Source of the DNA: Ignavibacteriota bacterium
GTDB taxonomy: Bacteria > Bacteroidota > Ignavibacteria > UBA10030
Direction: 5' to 3'
Assembly: GCA_963701295.1 (NCBI GenBank)
Contig: OY969585.1
Location: forward strand, 2,336,001-2,400,000
DNA: 64,000 nt
Below the pieces are notes generated by a model. That model ran no database searches and was not told the DNA's origin. It worked only from the letters and a program-made list of their open reading frames with translations. Position 1 is the stretch's first letter. Every line of letters starts with the position of its first letter. The translations under genes and the position numbers were made by a program. Positions 42,937 to 52,373 of this stretch are shown here, one piece after another.

Positions 42937-44190
42937 ATGCGTAAACGATTTAAGTATGATAAACCGATAACACCCACAATTTCAACAGTCCTCAAGTGTA
43001 TCTTATTAACCTTCATAGTCTTGTCTATCACTAGTTGCTATTCATGGTGGGTAGGGGAAAAGAATACAAACTGGGGAGGGAAAAATCCTCAGATAGATAC
43101 AACTAGGCGCCAGAAAATATATAGTGATCTAAAGCGTGGTTCGAAAGACTGGGTTGATGCTGCCCACGAATATTATGGCGATACCTATGACGATAAGTTA
43201 CCGGACCTAATTGTTTCCATTGACTCATTAAATGAAATTAGTGCATCGTTAATTCAACGAAGTGATTCCCAAAGTGTGCTGTATGGAGAGAATAAGTTTT
43301 GGGTGCTTATCATCAGCAAAATCCAATATCCGGTTGTCCGCCGAGATACAGTATCACTTCCGCAGAAAATTGTTGTCACAAGCGACAAATCCACCTTACA
43401 CCACGTAAAAGACGTGAATACCGCTGATTCTGTCTATGTAAAATATGACACCACTACTACCACGGAGAAAGATGTGTCGCCTCCATATTCACTTCAAGTA
43501 AGCAGAGAAGTCCTCTATTACTCTCGTGGGCCAAGAGAACTTTCGATATCGAATATCATAGGAGGGATTCTTGCTATATTCAAAGTGAATATAGCACCAT
43601 CCGATAACTCGTCGAAGGCTCCGAGTGATTCCGTAGTGTTTGTTAACTTACAGCCCTTGGGTAATGAAAAGGATAGTTCAAAGTTAAAGTACCCATTATA
43701 TGGCATCAATGCCGGTATAAACCTTTTTCCTGACACATACAACCGCGTTGCTATTCATTCCAGTGACACAACAAAATATTCATACAATTTCAACTTCATT
43801 AATACGGAAAGCATTCTTTTTAATACGAGTATCGGTGTTGGTCTAACACTTTGGGGGGTGCAGGACTCCCTTGTGCACCGACCTTCATTTCTTTTCCTGG
43901 GGAATATAAATCTTTGGCATTCGCATGCGCCGATTGATTCCAGAAGTCTTAGTCTATCCTTCGGGATTTCACCAACTAGTTTGGACGATATTTTCTCAAA
44001 GCTTTTTCTAGGAGGCAGAGTGAGCTTGGGATATTTTGAGAATGTAATCGGACGTGCCACCGAAGGTAAAACTAAGTACGAGTATTCCGACCACACGTCC
44101 ATCTTGGGTGAAAGCGGTTTGATATTTGGAATTGTCACTGGGCATCGCATCAAACCGCTAGTTTTAATTGGAATTGACTTTAGACTCTGA
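42937..44190 (+). CDS. Hypothetical protein (possible lipoprotein/outer-membrane protein)
   Basis: 417-aa ORF, AGGAGG RBS, hydrophobic stretch ending ITSC, beta-rich C-terminus ending GIDFRL. Confidence 0.7.
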   Translation: MRKRFKYDKPITPTISTVLKCILLTFIVLSITSCYSWWVGEKNTNWGGKNPQIDTTRRQKIYSDLKRGSKDWVDAAHEYYGDTYDDKLPDLIVSIDSLNEISASLIQRSDSQSVLYGENKFWVLIISKIQYPVVRRDTVSLPQKIVVTSDKSTLHHVKDVNTADSVYVKYDTTTTTEKDVSPPYSLQVSREVLYYSRGPRELSISNIIGGILAIFKVNIAPSDNSSKAPSDSVVFVNLQPLGNEKDSSKLKYPLYGINAGINLFPDTYNRVAIHSSDTTKYSYNFNFINTESILFNTSIGVGLTLWGVQDSLVHRPSFLFLGNINLWHSHAPIDSRSLSLSFGISPTSLDDIFSKLFLGGRVSLGYFENVIGRATEGKTKYEYSDHTSILGESGLIFGIVTGHRIKPLVLIGIDFRL

Positions 44191-44318
44191 AATAGATGAC
44201 AAAGGAGAATTGCTTATTTTATACTATAGTGATTTTTGAAAACCTCATCTATATGGGAATATCAAATCATTGCATACAACAGATTTGCTTTCATCGCAAC
44301 TAAATTAGGAGGAGAGAA

Positions 44319-44960
44319 ATGAAAACAAAAGTTATGTTATGTTTGCTTATTGGCTTGTTAGTATCAAGCTTTGCAAATCGTTCGGTTGCCCAAGTTCCTG
44401 TAAACCAGGACAAGATTGCTATTCCTGCTGCTATTCCTCAACATGCAGATCATTCGAATCAACAATCGACAGCTCCTGTACCTTGGTGGATAATTCCAAT
44501 TTATGTGATTGCAATAATAATACTTGCAGGCTTTCCAGAGATCTTGGATATATTAATGGCGTATCGATCAAAAAACAAGGCACAAGACATCTCAAAAAGG
44601 TTAATAGAGTATAAACTAGGAATCGATAAGGAAAGCGGAAAAGGGCTTTCGAGCACACAAGGGCTTTCTCGAATCAAGACTCTTGGAAAATTAGAGTTTG
44701 ATGAACTGAGGGAATTCATAAAGGAAAGTGAAAAATCACCTCCGGGCATTCAGGGTCTTACTCGGGGCATTATCGCTGTTACTGTAATAGTGGTCTTAGG
44801 TATAGCCGTGTTTCATATATTAGTTTACGGTATTCCTGAGAATGATTCCCCAATCATTAACAATATCTTGAGCATGTTTGCAGGGCTTTTAGCTGCTATA
44901 ACTGGGTTCTACTTTGGTGTTAGACAGGCGGAAGAGAAAGTGAAGACGAAAACGGATTAA
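44319..44960 (+). CDS. Hypothetical membrane protein
   Basis: AGGAGG RBS, signal peptide, three TM segments ending ITGFYFG. Confidence 0.75.
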   Translation: MKTKVMLCLLIGLLVSSFANRSVAQVPVNQDKIAIPAAIPQHADHSNQQSTAPVPWWIIPIYVIAIIILAGFPEILDILMAYRSKNKAQDISKRLIEYKLGIDKESGKGLSSTQGLSRIKTLGKLEFDELREFIKESEKSPPGIQGLTRGIIAVTVIVVLGIAVFHILVYGIPENDSPIINNILSMFAGLLAAITGFYFGVRQAEEKVKTKTD

Positions 44961-45406
44961 ATAATTGAGAGGAAAACTGCACTGTCCCAATTGCCTGTTA
45001 GAAATAAACGCGACTCATTTTGAGGTGTGGGAGTCAGAGGGGTCTGGAGTGAAGAAGACTGTTGAAGAAACTCCTATCGAAAATTTAAGAATCTTAATTA
45101 TTCTAAAGAAAATCCGTAAATATTAGTAGCCAAAAACATTAATCCAATAATAAATAGTTTATAAAAGGGGGTAAGTTGATATCAATCCCCCGATGATATC
45201 AAAGGCTATTTTTCAGTAGCATTACTGTGTTGGCGCTCGGTGATTTTTTACCCCCTCCCCCTTGACCCTGACATTTAAGCGTCGGGTTTTTTATTCGCTA
45301 TTGGAAAGTAGATATTGTAGGTTTTAGTTAGATGTATTGGGTTTTGGGGACTTGTGGGAGTGGTCACTCAATGTATCAATCCTTTTTGTTCCCATTGTTA
45401 TTAATG

Positions 45407-45433
45407 TGGCAGCTTAGCCGCTATCCGTTAGGC
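45407..45433 (+). repeat. attC 3' half (L' and R' only)
   Basis: TGGCAGCTTAGCCGCTATCCGTTAGGC. Confidence 0.75.
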
Positions 45434-45470
45434 GGCATACCAATCCATAATAAGAAAGAACAATTACAAG

Positions 45471-45989
45471 ATGAAAATTACAGGTAAGGTTGTCGCCCTT
45501 ATAGTCGGTGCGTCATTGGCTATTTCAATCATCATAGATTACTCAATTATACAACATCAGTTACCTTGGCTACACAGGATACTGGCTATAGAGGTTATCA
45601 TCACACATTGGGCGGGAGGAGACATAACAATACCACGACTCTCGCTACTTCCTCTTTTGGCTATTCCTTCAATCGTAATGGTTCTTATGTTTGTTCCCTA
45701 CACCTCTCTCCACAATCGTGAATCTTGGAGAGCGTTCGGAGTCAAACTCAAAACTATATTTCGCACTTGCTTTTGGGTTCTTGTTCTTTTAATCGTTGGC
45801 GAATTAATCTTCCTTTTTGCTAAGAAGTATTTGCTTGATGCAATAGGGCAGCTCCCAAAAATATTGTCGGTCGGACTTAAATTGTATTCATTTGATTTTC
45901 GATTTCTTTCTATCACCTTTACACCGGCAGGTATCATTGGAATGCTTGTCGGGATGTGGATATGGTATCGGACAGGCATCAAGAAATAA
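45471..45989 (+). CDS. Hypothetical membrane protein (cassette gene)
   Basis: Four hydrophobic segments; bounded by GTTAGGCGGCA and TGCCACCTAAC. Confidence 0.7.
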   Translation: MKITGKVVALIVGASLAISIIIDYSIIQHQLPWLHRILAIEVIITHWAGGDITIPRLSLLPLLAIPSIVMVLMFVPYTSLHNRESWRAFGVKLKTIFRTCFWVLVLLIVGELIFLFAKKYLLDAIGQLPKILSVGLKLYSFDFRFLSITFTPAGIIGMLVGMWIWYRTGIKK

Positions 45990-46203
45990 TCTAGACCGAA
46001 TGTGATTATCGCCGATATGCCACCTAACCATTTTAAAAAGAAAAGAGTCAAGTACATAACATTCTCCCGATGCGTCCCACAGAGTGGGATTCAAGTGTTA
46101 ACAACTGAACATAACCGGCAAAGAGCGATGATATAAGCCGCAACTTCGTTAAAGTTACATTCTTTTTGAGTCAATGCGGATGAAGGATTACGAAAAAGTG
46201 TTC

Positions 46204-46232
46204 TTGACTTCAATTCTATCATTTTGTATACT
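46204..46232 (+). promoter_or_regulatory. sigma70 promoter of the lectin gene
   Basis: TTGACT-N17-TATACT. Confidence 0.7.
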
Positions 46233-46301
46233 TCGCGGGTCGAAATGACACTGCAATAAAGCAGTTGCTCAATCATTTTACTAACCACAGGAGGATGTAC
46301 T

Positions 46302-46670
46302 ATGAAACACATCGCAATTATCGCTGCATGCCGCGTTCTCTTTTGCGCCTTCGGCGTAGTCGCACACAGCCAGGAAATCCAGGTGGGAACATTCAGCATC
46401 ACGCCTACTATAGAAGGCTATTCGCTGAACAACGGAAGCGGTGATCGAACCGTATCGGTTGAAGTGGCTTTCCCGAAGCCGTTCGAAGTAAAACCGGATA
46501 TCGTATTGAATCTCAACTCTATCGATGTAGACAAGACGGCTAATCTGCGCATCTCGATGAAACCTGTTTCGATCTCGCGCGACGGATTTACGATCCAAGT
46601 GAAAACGTGGGCAGATTCGAAGATCAATCTAGTCGGCGGCACATGGATTGCAGTTGCTCAGAAAAAGTAA
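46302..46670 (+). CDS. Secreted H-type lectin domain protein
   Basis: Signal peptide; G.R.....V.F.KPF...P.....L..ID......LR......I...GF.I...TW.DS......W.A pattern. Confidence 0.82.
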   Translation: MKHIAIIAACRVLFCAFGVVAHSQEIQVGTFSITPTIEGYSLNNGSGDRTVSVEVAFPKPFEVKPDIVLNLNSIDVDKTANLRISMKPVSISRDGFTIQVKTWADSKINLVGGTWIAVAQKK

Positions 46671-46702
46671 CGCAGCATCTGTTTCTTTGAATGTAGAGGG
46701 TT

Positions 46703-46735
46703 TGGGTCGCTTGGCATCAGCGACCCATTTTTTTT
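46703..46735 (+). terminator. Intrinsic terminator after the lectin gene
   Basis: TGGGTCGCT-N7-AGCGACCCA-T8. Confidence 0.8.
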
Positions 46736-46937
46736 ATCTACCGACAATTCATGGCGAGCTTAGGTTTAGTACAGAATTGAAAGTTATCAGTATGAACTTG
46801 TTTCGTTGGGTGCATTTTGCAAATTATCAGCGCTGCAGCTTAACGCCAGTTCGTTAGGGCGCACGAACAGAGATTTAATAACGACTATATTTATAAATAA
46901 CTATCTTAAGTACAATTGATAAAATATTGAGAAAATA

Positions 46938-47639
46938 ATGACTGAAATTGGAAAAAGTAAAATCGCATTCAAATTGGAATTGATTTTTAAGGCATTGTTG
47001 TTTTGTATTTTGTCTGTAATATTTTTTGGTTTACCGCTTTTCTTGTCTGCTGGTAACATACAATTCTGGAATGCATGGTTGTTTCTAGAGGCATTTTCCA
47101 TTCCTGTGTTCCTTATTTTTATTTACTTGTCTATAAAGAATCCGGATCTATTTGAAAAGAGAATGAAAACAAATGAAAAAGAAGTATCACAAAATGTATA
47201 TAAAACTCTTTTGGCGTTTGTTTTCATTATATCGCTTGTAGTTTCCGGTTTCGACTATAGATACCATTTGTCGACGGTTCCAATATTGGTTGTTAGCATT
47301 TTCACAATAGTAATGCTATGTGGATTATTAATGCTCTTCATCGTTATGAAACAGAACAGTTATGCGTCGCGCGTAGTGGAAATTCAAGAGGGGCAGAAAC
47401 TAATAGACACCGGATTATATTCTGTTGTTCGGCATCCGATGTATCTGGCATTTTCAATTATCTTCTGCTTTTCACCATTTGTTTTGGGGTCATTTTATGC
47501 TCTCATCCCGATAGTATTCATGCCTTTGCTTATCGCCATGAGAATAAAAAATGAAGAGATAATATTACAAAGAGGATTAAAAGGATATGACTCATATATG
47601 AAGAAAGTAAAATATCGTTTGATACCTTATATCTGGTAA
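46938..47639 (+). CDS. Isoprenylcysteine carboxylmethyltransferase / PEMT family membrane protein
   Basis: NSYASRVVEIQEGQKLIDTGLYSVVRHPMY, RIKNEE, YRLIPYIW. Confidence 0.88.
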   Translation: MTEIGKSKIAFKLELIFKALLFCILSVIFFGLPLFLSAGNIQFWNAWLFLEAFSIPVFLIFIYLSIKNPDLFEKRMKTNEKEVSQNVYKTLLAFVFIISLVVSGFDYRYHLSTVPILVVSIFTIVMLCGLLMLFIVMKQNSYASRVVEIQEGQKLIDTGLYSVVRHPMYLAFSIIFCFSPFVLGSFYALIPIVFMPLLIAMRIKNEEIILQRGLKGYDSYMKKVKYRLIPYIW

Positions 47640-47741
47640 AATGAAAACCACTAAGGTGCTAAATTGGGATAATATAAATAGTATCCCAGTGTTTAAATAT
47701 AATAACGTACGGTATCTTTAAATTATTCTTCGGTAGTTACA

Positions 47742-48568
47742 ATGAGTAACGAATTGAATCTCAACTCAAAAGAAAAACTATATTATTACTTGACATTAGT
47801 TTCTATTGGGACAATGTCATACATAATCGCAGATATTGCCTATGAAGCAATAGGACATGGAGGAGCATGTTTAATTGCAGGTGGAAAAATTACTTTGCTG
47901 ACTTCTGTTTATTTTAGAAGTGAGACACATAGTTTTATTACAGACACTTTTGGACCGCTTGCTAACCTTGCAATGGGATTGCTACTTTGGACACTGCTGC
48001 GAAGAGCAAATCACTTTAAAGCCTATTCTCAATTGCTACTATTGCATACCATGACATTCAACTTGTTTTGGTTTTTCATGGCTATGTTTTTACGCAGGCA
48101 TAACGAATAAAGGCGATTTTTGCATTTGATATTAGAGGAGCTATTGAACTTCTGACATGGAGAATATTATTAATAGTTATTGGTTTTTTCTCTTATCGTA
48201 TCTTTTTTTATTTAATTGTTAGTGCAGCCCTAAAAATATTCAACACCTTTAGAAATAGTTCTTTAACACGTCGATTATGGCAATTATTTCTATATCCGTA
48301 TTTGTCACCAGGAGTTTCAACATTAATTGCAGTTTCATTTTTTAGCCCACGTTCAATTGACACTTTTATAGAAGCAATTAACTTTCCAATGTTCTTCCCA
48401 CTGCTATTAACACCAAGATATTTACGAAAATCTGATAAATATTTTCATCGGGAGACGAACAATTTAAATCAACCTTTCTTAACTAAACAACAACTGAATT
48501 TTAATTTCTATGGCGTAATCATATTTATAATATTTTGTTGGACAATGGGACGTGGAATACGTTTTTGA
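47742..48568 (+). pseudogene. Frameshifted multi-TM protein (peptidase M50-like N-terminus)
   Basis: YEAIGHGGAC...GPLANL, frame breaks at T runs near 48073-48121, hydrophobic coding continues to 48568. Confidence 0.55.
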
Positions 48569-48582
48569 TTTATTGGCAAGTG

Positions 48583-48737
48583 GTATAACCGGCTGTTTAA
48601 GTTAACCGGAAAAACGTGAGTGCATTAAGAATGGTGCGAATATGTTTCGTATATTTTGAAGGCTATAATCTTGAACTCGTTTCGTTATCAGCAACTTGAT
48701 AATTATCAACGCCGCAGCTTAGCGCCGGTCGTTAGGC
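48583..48737 (+). repeat. attC site (degenerate left arm)
   Basis: GTATAAC...TTTAAGTTAAC...TGAACTCGTTTCGTT...GCCGCAGCTTAG...GTTAGGC. Confidence 0.75.
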
Positions 48738-48760
48738 GGCATTCTTAAATAAGGAGAAAT

Positions 48761-48964
48761 ATGAAAATGAGAACTTTGAGTTTTATTCTTATGATTATTA
48801 GCTCGCTATGCTATTTGATTATCATGGGAGTTATCATTAGGGCTGGAGAAGCTTCTGGTTATCTTTTGTATCTTAATATTATCTTTGGATTATTATTTAT
48901 TGTACTAGCTTGGTATAGGTTTTATAAAAACAGACCGAAGAAAGAAACACAATCGATTAAATAA
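48761..48964 (+). CDS. Small two-TM protein (cassette gene)
   Basis: AAGGAG RBS, bounded by GTTAGGCGGCATT / AATGCCACCTAAC. Confidence 0.7.
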   Translation: MKMRTLSFILMIISSLCYLIIMGVIIRAGEASGYLLYLNIIFGLLFIVLAWYRFYKNRPKKETQSIK

Positions 48965-48974
48965 TTTAAATGCC

Positions 48975-49114
48975 ACCTAACCATTTTAAAAAGGAAAGAG
49001 TCAAGTAAATAGTAATCTCCCGATGCGTTCCGCAATAGTGATGTGAATGAACTTATTTCGTTATGTGTATATTGAAAATCATCGGCGCCGCAGCTTAGCG
49101 CCGTTCCGTTAGAA
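48975..49114 (+). repeat. Chimeric attC: R'' + IS1111-like end + attC 3' half
   Basis: ACCTAAC-CATTTTAAAAAGGAAAGAGTCAAG...ATGAACTTATTTCGTT...GCAGCTTAG...GTTAGAA. Confidence 0.8.
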
Positions 49115-49185
49115 CGCACAGACAGTTTACGGTAAATTCATATAAATAAATTGCAACTATTTTGTTTACACCATTGGAGAAGAAT

Positions 49186-50307
49186 ATGAATAATCGCATA
49201 ATCCTTTTTTTCGTTACGGTCATTATAATAGTTGTATTCAGTATCAACGCTCTAAATGCCTGCACGACATTTGTCATCCATCAGAAGAACCATTTACTTT
49301 TCGGACGAAATCTTGATTGGCCAACTGGAACAGGTCTTGTTATGATCAACCAAAGGAATCTTGAAAAAGTAGCCCTTGTTGATTCGTCCGAAAAACCTGC
49401 CAAATGGATTTCCAAATTCGGAAGTATCACGTTTAATCAAGTCGGAAGAGACTTGCCATACGGTGGTATGAACGAAAACGGCCTCGTAATGGAACAAATG
49501 ACATTAGATCAAACAGTGTACCCTTCCAGAGATAACCGATCCGGAATAGGTGCATGTCAATGGATACAGTATCAACTGGATAATTACTCTACCATTGAAG
49601 AAGTTATTCAAAGCAATACAATATTGAGAATTGTCGATGGCATTTCGAAACTCCATTTTCTAGTTTGTGATCGATCCGGCCACACAGTATCCATAGAGTT
49701 TCTCAACGGCAAAATGGTATGCCATACCGAAAGTGACCTTCCCGTTCAGGTGTTAGCCAATAGTACGTATGCAGAATCGATGATTTGTTACAACGACAAT
49801 GGCGATACACAATCTAACCGGTCACTCTATAATTTCGTCACCGCTGCACATCAAGTCAAGCACCCTGATTTTCCAGACGATACTTCAGCTATTTCCTATG
49901 CTTTCAGCGTATTACATTCCGTTAGTCAGGGTCTTGCTACAAAATGGAGCATTGTTTACGATATTACAAACATGAAGATACACTTCAAGATCTTTGAAAC
50001 ACCTACCATTGTTTGTGAACAAAAGATTTTCACCAAGCAACCGCCGTATGATCCAGTAACGAAGATTGTAGATTTCAAAGGATTGAATTTTGATTGCTCT
50101 GCGAAGATGAAAGTTCTCGATTTGAATTGTGATATCGAAGGGATAGTGAATCAGTCCCTGACAAACTATTCTACAGATATTAACAAGGAATTCATTGCAA
50201 AGGCTTTTACCTTCTTCAAGAACTGGGGAATACCTATTGAATTGAAGGAGCAGGAATTAGTCTATCTAGCAAAGTATCCCGAATCATTTAGATGTGTTAC
50301 GAAATAG
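49186..50307 (+). CDS. Linear amide C-N hydrolase (choloylglycine hydrolase / Ntn family)
   Basis: Signal peptide then catalytic CTTF, GRNLDW, GGMNENGL, WIQYQLD. Confidence 0.88.
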   Translation: MNNRIILFFVTVIIIVVFSINALNACTTFVIHQKNHLLFGRNLDWPTGTGLVMINQRNLEKVALVDSSEKPAKWISKFGSITFNQVGRDLPYGGMNENGLVMEQMTLDQTVYPSRDNRSGIGACQWIQYQLDNYSTIEEVIQSNTILRIVDGISKLHFLVCDRSGHTVSIEFLNGKMVCHTESDLPVQVLANSTYAESMICYNDNGDTQSNRSLYNFVTAAHQVKHPDFPDDTSAISYAFSVLHSVSQGLATKWSIVYDITNMKIHFKIFETPTIVCEQKIFTKQPPYDPVTKIVDFKGLNFDCSAKMKVLDLNCDIEGIVNQSLTNYSTDINKEFIAKAFTFFKNWGIPIELKEQELVYLAKYPESFRCVTK

Positions 50308-50344
50308 TATTTATGCTTGGTATTTGGATATTTATATACGTGCG

Positions 50345-50655
50345 CCCTAACCAGGCGCTCAAGCTGACGGTTGCCAGCTGGCAGTAACCCAATCAGAAAA
50401 ATTCTAATCACGTTCATCACATTTAAGAGGAGATGATAATGCACAATTTCTTTGAACCAATCCTAATTCTTATCATTCTTTTAATCGTTGTTGGTCCAAT
50501 CGGATTTATGCGCTATAGACTTTTCATACGCTTTATCCAAGTACAAGAGTCAATCGCACAGAGTTTGCAAAAACTTGTTGAGAATCAAACGAAAGCCAAA
50601 TAACCTCTATTTAGGTTTCAAGTATAATGCGGCAGCTTAGCGCCGGTCCTTAGGC
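50345..50655 (+). repeat. Expanded attC (311 bp) enclosing a small ORF
   Basis: CCCTAAC-CAGGC-GCTCAAGCTGAC...GCGGCAGCTTAG...CTTAGGC (R' degenerate). Confidence 0.75.
50433..50603 (+). CDS. 56-aa single-TM protein inside attC (below the ORF-track cutoff)
   Basis: GAGGAG RBS; MIMHNFFEPILILIILLIVVGPIGFMRYRLFIRFIQVQESIAQSLQKLVENQTKAK. Confidence 0.65.
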   Translation: MIMHNFFEPILILIILLIVVGPIGFMRYRLFIRFIQVQESIAQSLQKLVENQTKAK

Positions 50656-50717
50656 GGCCCAGGCGCAAACAAACAGTAGGAGAAAACCATGATTCTTATA
50701 CTCGAAGGAGATAGCAA

Positions 50718-51521
50718 TTGACCGATTGGAGCACAGGAAACTGCGAAACGAACGGAATTAACATACACTACACAAGAACTGGAGGAAGCAAGCCCCCTAT
50801 AATTTTGCTACACGGATTAACTGCTAATGGAGCCTGCTGGGCTGCGTTGGCCCATGCTATAGAGGGAGATTATGACGTAATCATGCCGGATGCCAGAGGC
50901 CATGGCAAGTCGAGTGTGCCTAACTATGGGTACCGATACGAAGACCTTGCAAACGATGTCGTTGGTCTTATATGGGCTCTACGACTTTCGCCTCCGATCC
51001 TCATCGGACACTCCATGGGAGGTATGATTGCCGCCGTGGTGGCAAGTCATAACCCAGAGCTTCTTCGTTGTCTAATCTTAGCTGATCCAACGTTCTTGAG
51101 TCCAAAAGTTCAGCGCGAAATACGAGACAGCGACGTGGCAGATAGGCATCGGCGATATCTCAATATGTCATTGGATGACGTCGTGGCAGAAGCACGGATT
51201 AGACACCCTGATCGGTCATTAGATACAATCGAGCTGATCGCCCGGGCACGACTTCAAACCAGTATGGGCGCTTTCGACGTTCTCACGCCACCGAACCCTG
51301 ACTATGTGCAGGTAGTCAGTGCCATTGAAGTTCCAAGCCTACTTGTGATTGGTGGTTCAGCAGGCGTGGTTTCGCCTGATGTTGCCGCAGATCTGCAACG
51401 TCTTAATCCGCGACTTCAAGTTGAACAAATTCCGGAAGTCGGCCACGGGCTCCATTATGACCAGCCTGAGCGATTTGCGGTTGTCGTCAAATCCTTCTTA
51501 CGTTCAATTGGCGCCACCTAA
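50718..51521 (+). CDS. Alpha/beta hydrolase (cassette gene)
   Basis: LLHG, DARGHG, GHSMGG, GHGLH; stop codon lies in R'' ACCTAAC. Confidence 0.9.
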   Translation: MTDWSTGNCETNGINIHYTRTGGSKPPIILLHGLTANGACWAALAHAIEGDYDVIMPDARGHGKSSVPNYGYRYEDLANDVVGLIWALRLSPPILIGHSMGGMIAAVVASHNPELLRCLILADPTFLSPKVQREIRDSDVADRHRRYLNMSLDDVVAEARIRHPDRSLDTIELIARARLQTSMGAFDVLTPPNPDYVQVVSAIEVPSLLVIGGSAGVVSPDVAADLQRLNPRLQVEQIPEVGHGLHYDQPERFAVVVKSFLRSIGAT

Positions 51522-51750
51522 CCATTTTAAAAAGGAATAATATTCTCCTGATGGGTTCCGCAAGGTCGTTTTGCCATCTCGCCAGATGCCTTTAGGGTTG
51601 TGACAGTATGGCGAAATGTCGAATATGGGACCCAAGAGCCTCAATCCCGTGACTCCGGAGGGATCGTTATGGTTGCTTCTACTTCGAGATAGGAGAGAAA
51701 TCAATCTAAACCGAAAAGGAAAGTGGTTTTGCTATAATTTTTTCTGGAAT
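51516..51750 (+). mobile_element. attC R'' + orphan IS1111-like end + structured repeat copy B
   Basis: ACCTAAC-CATTTTAAAAAGGAATAA.., then the repeat shared with 42324-42500. Confidence 0.7.
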
Positions 51751-52023
51751 AATTTTAGTGTCTCTCAGGGCTTTTTCTTGACTCTTTTAAAATGATTATG
51801 TAACGTCTTGCATACTTAGCAGTTGGGAAGAAGTAGAAGCGGAGACGTATGGTTCCCCTAGCTTGTTCCTTCAGCTTTGGCGCCAAAACGTATCCTGATA
51901 AGAGTATAGAGAAGTATACGAATGAAATTAGCTTTGTCAACCCAGCTAATTGTTAGGTCAAATTATGCAGTCTAACATACGAAAAACTCATGTTAGACTG
52001 TAATATGCAATCCAATCTTCCCA

Positions 52024-52230
52024 ATGGAAGAAACTGAAATATTTGCTCAAGAAGCCGCTGATGTTGGCGCGCAGGCGATTAAGCAAGGTGTTGCGCGAAT
52101 TCAACTCAGTCATCAAGAAATTTACGATACAACACTTCGCGATATAAAAGAGGCTCGCAGTATATTAGATTTGTTAATGAAAGAAAATTTTATTAAAAAC
52201 CCGATATTGCATTTATCGAAGAAGCAGTGA
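52024..52230 (+). pseudogene. C-terminal fragment of malic enzyme
   Basis: P.MEETEIFAQEAADVGAQAIKQGVAR...IKEAR....LMKENFI resembles the malic enzyme tail. Confidence 0.65.
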
Positions 52231-52373
52231 AAAAGGCAATTGAATCAGTTACATAAATCTATAGATAATGCATAGAAAATCGTTTTCTACTATATTGAAA
52301 CAAAACTGAAAATGATACAATTAATTATTCGTATTTGAAATACGAATTGTATTAGTATAAGACGAGGTGTAAT

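Larger units (their letters stand above)
46022..46859 (+). repeat. Split attC: R'' at 46022-46028, conserved 3' part 46750-46859
   Basis: ACCTAAC followed by an IS1111-like end; attC body CATGGCGAGC...ATGAACTTGTTTCGTT...GCAGCTTAA...GTTAGGG resumes at 46750. Confidence 0.75.
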
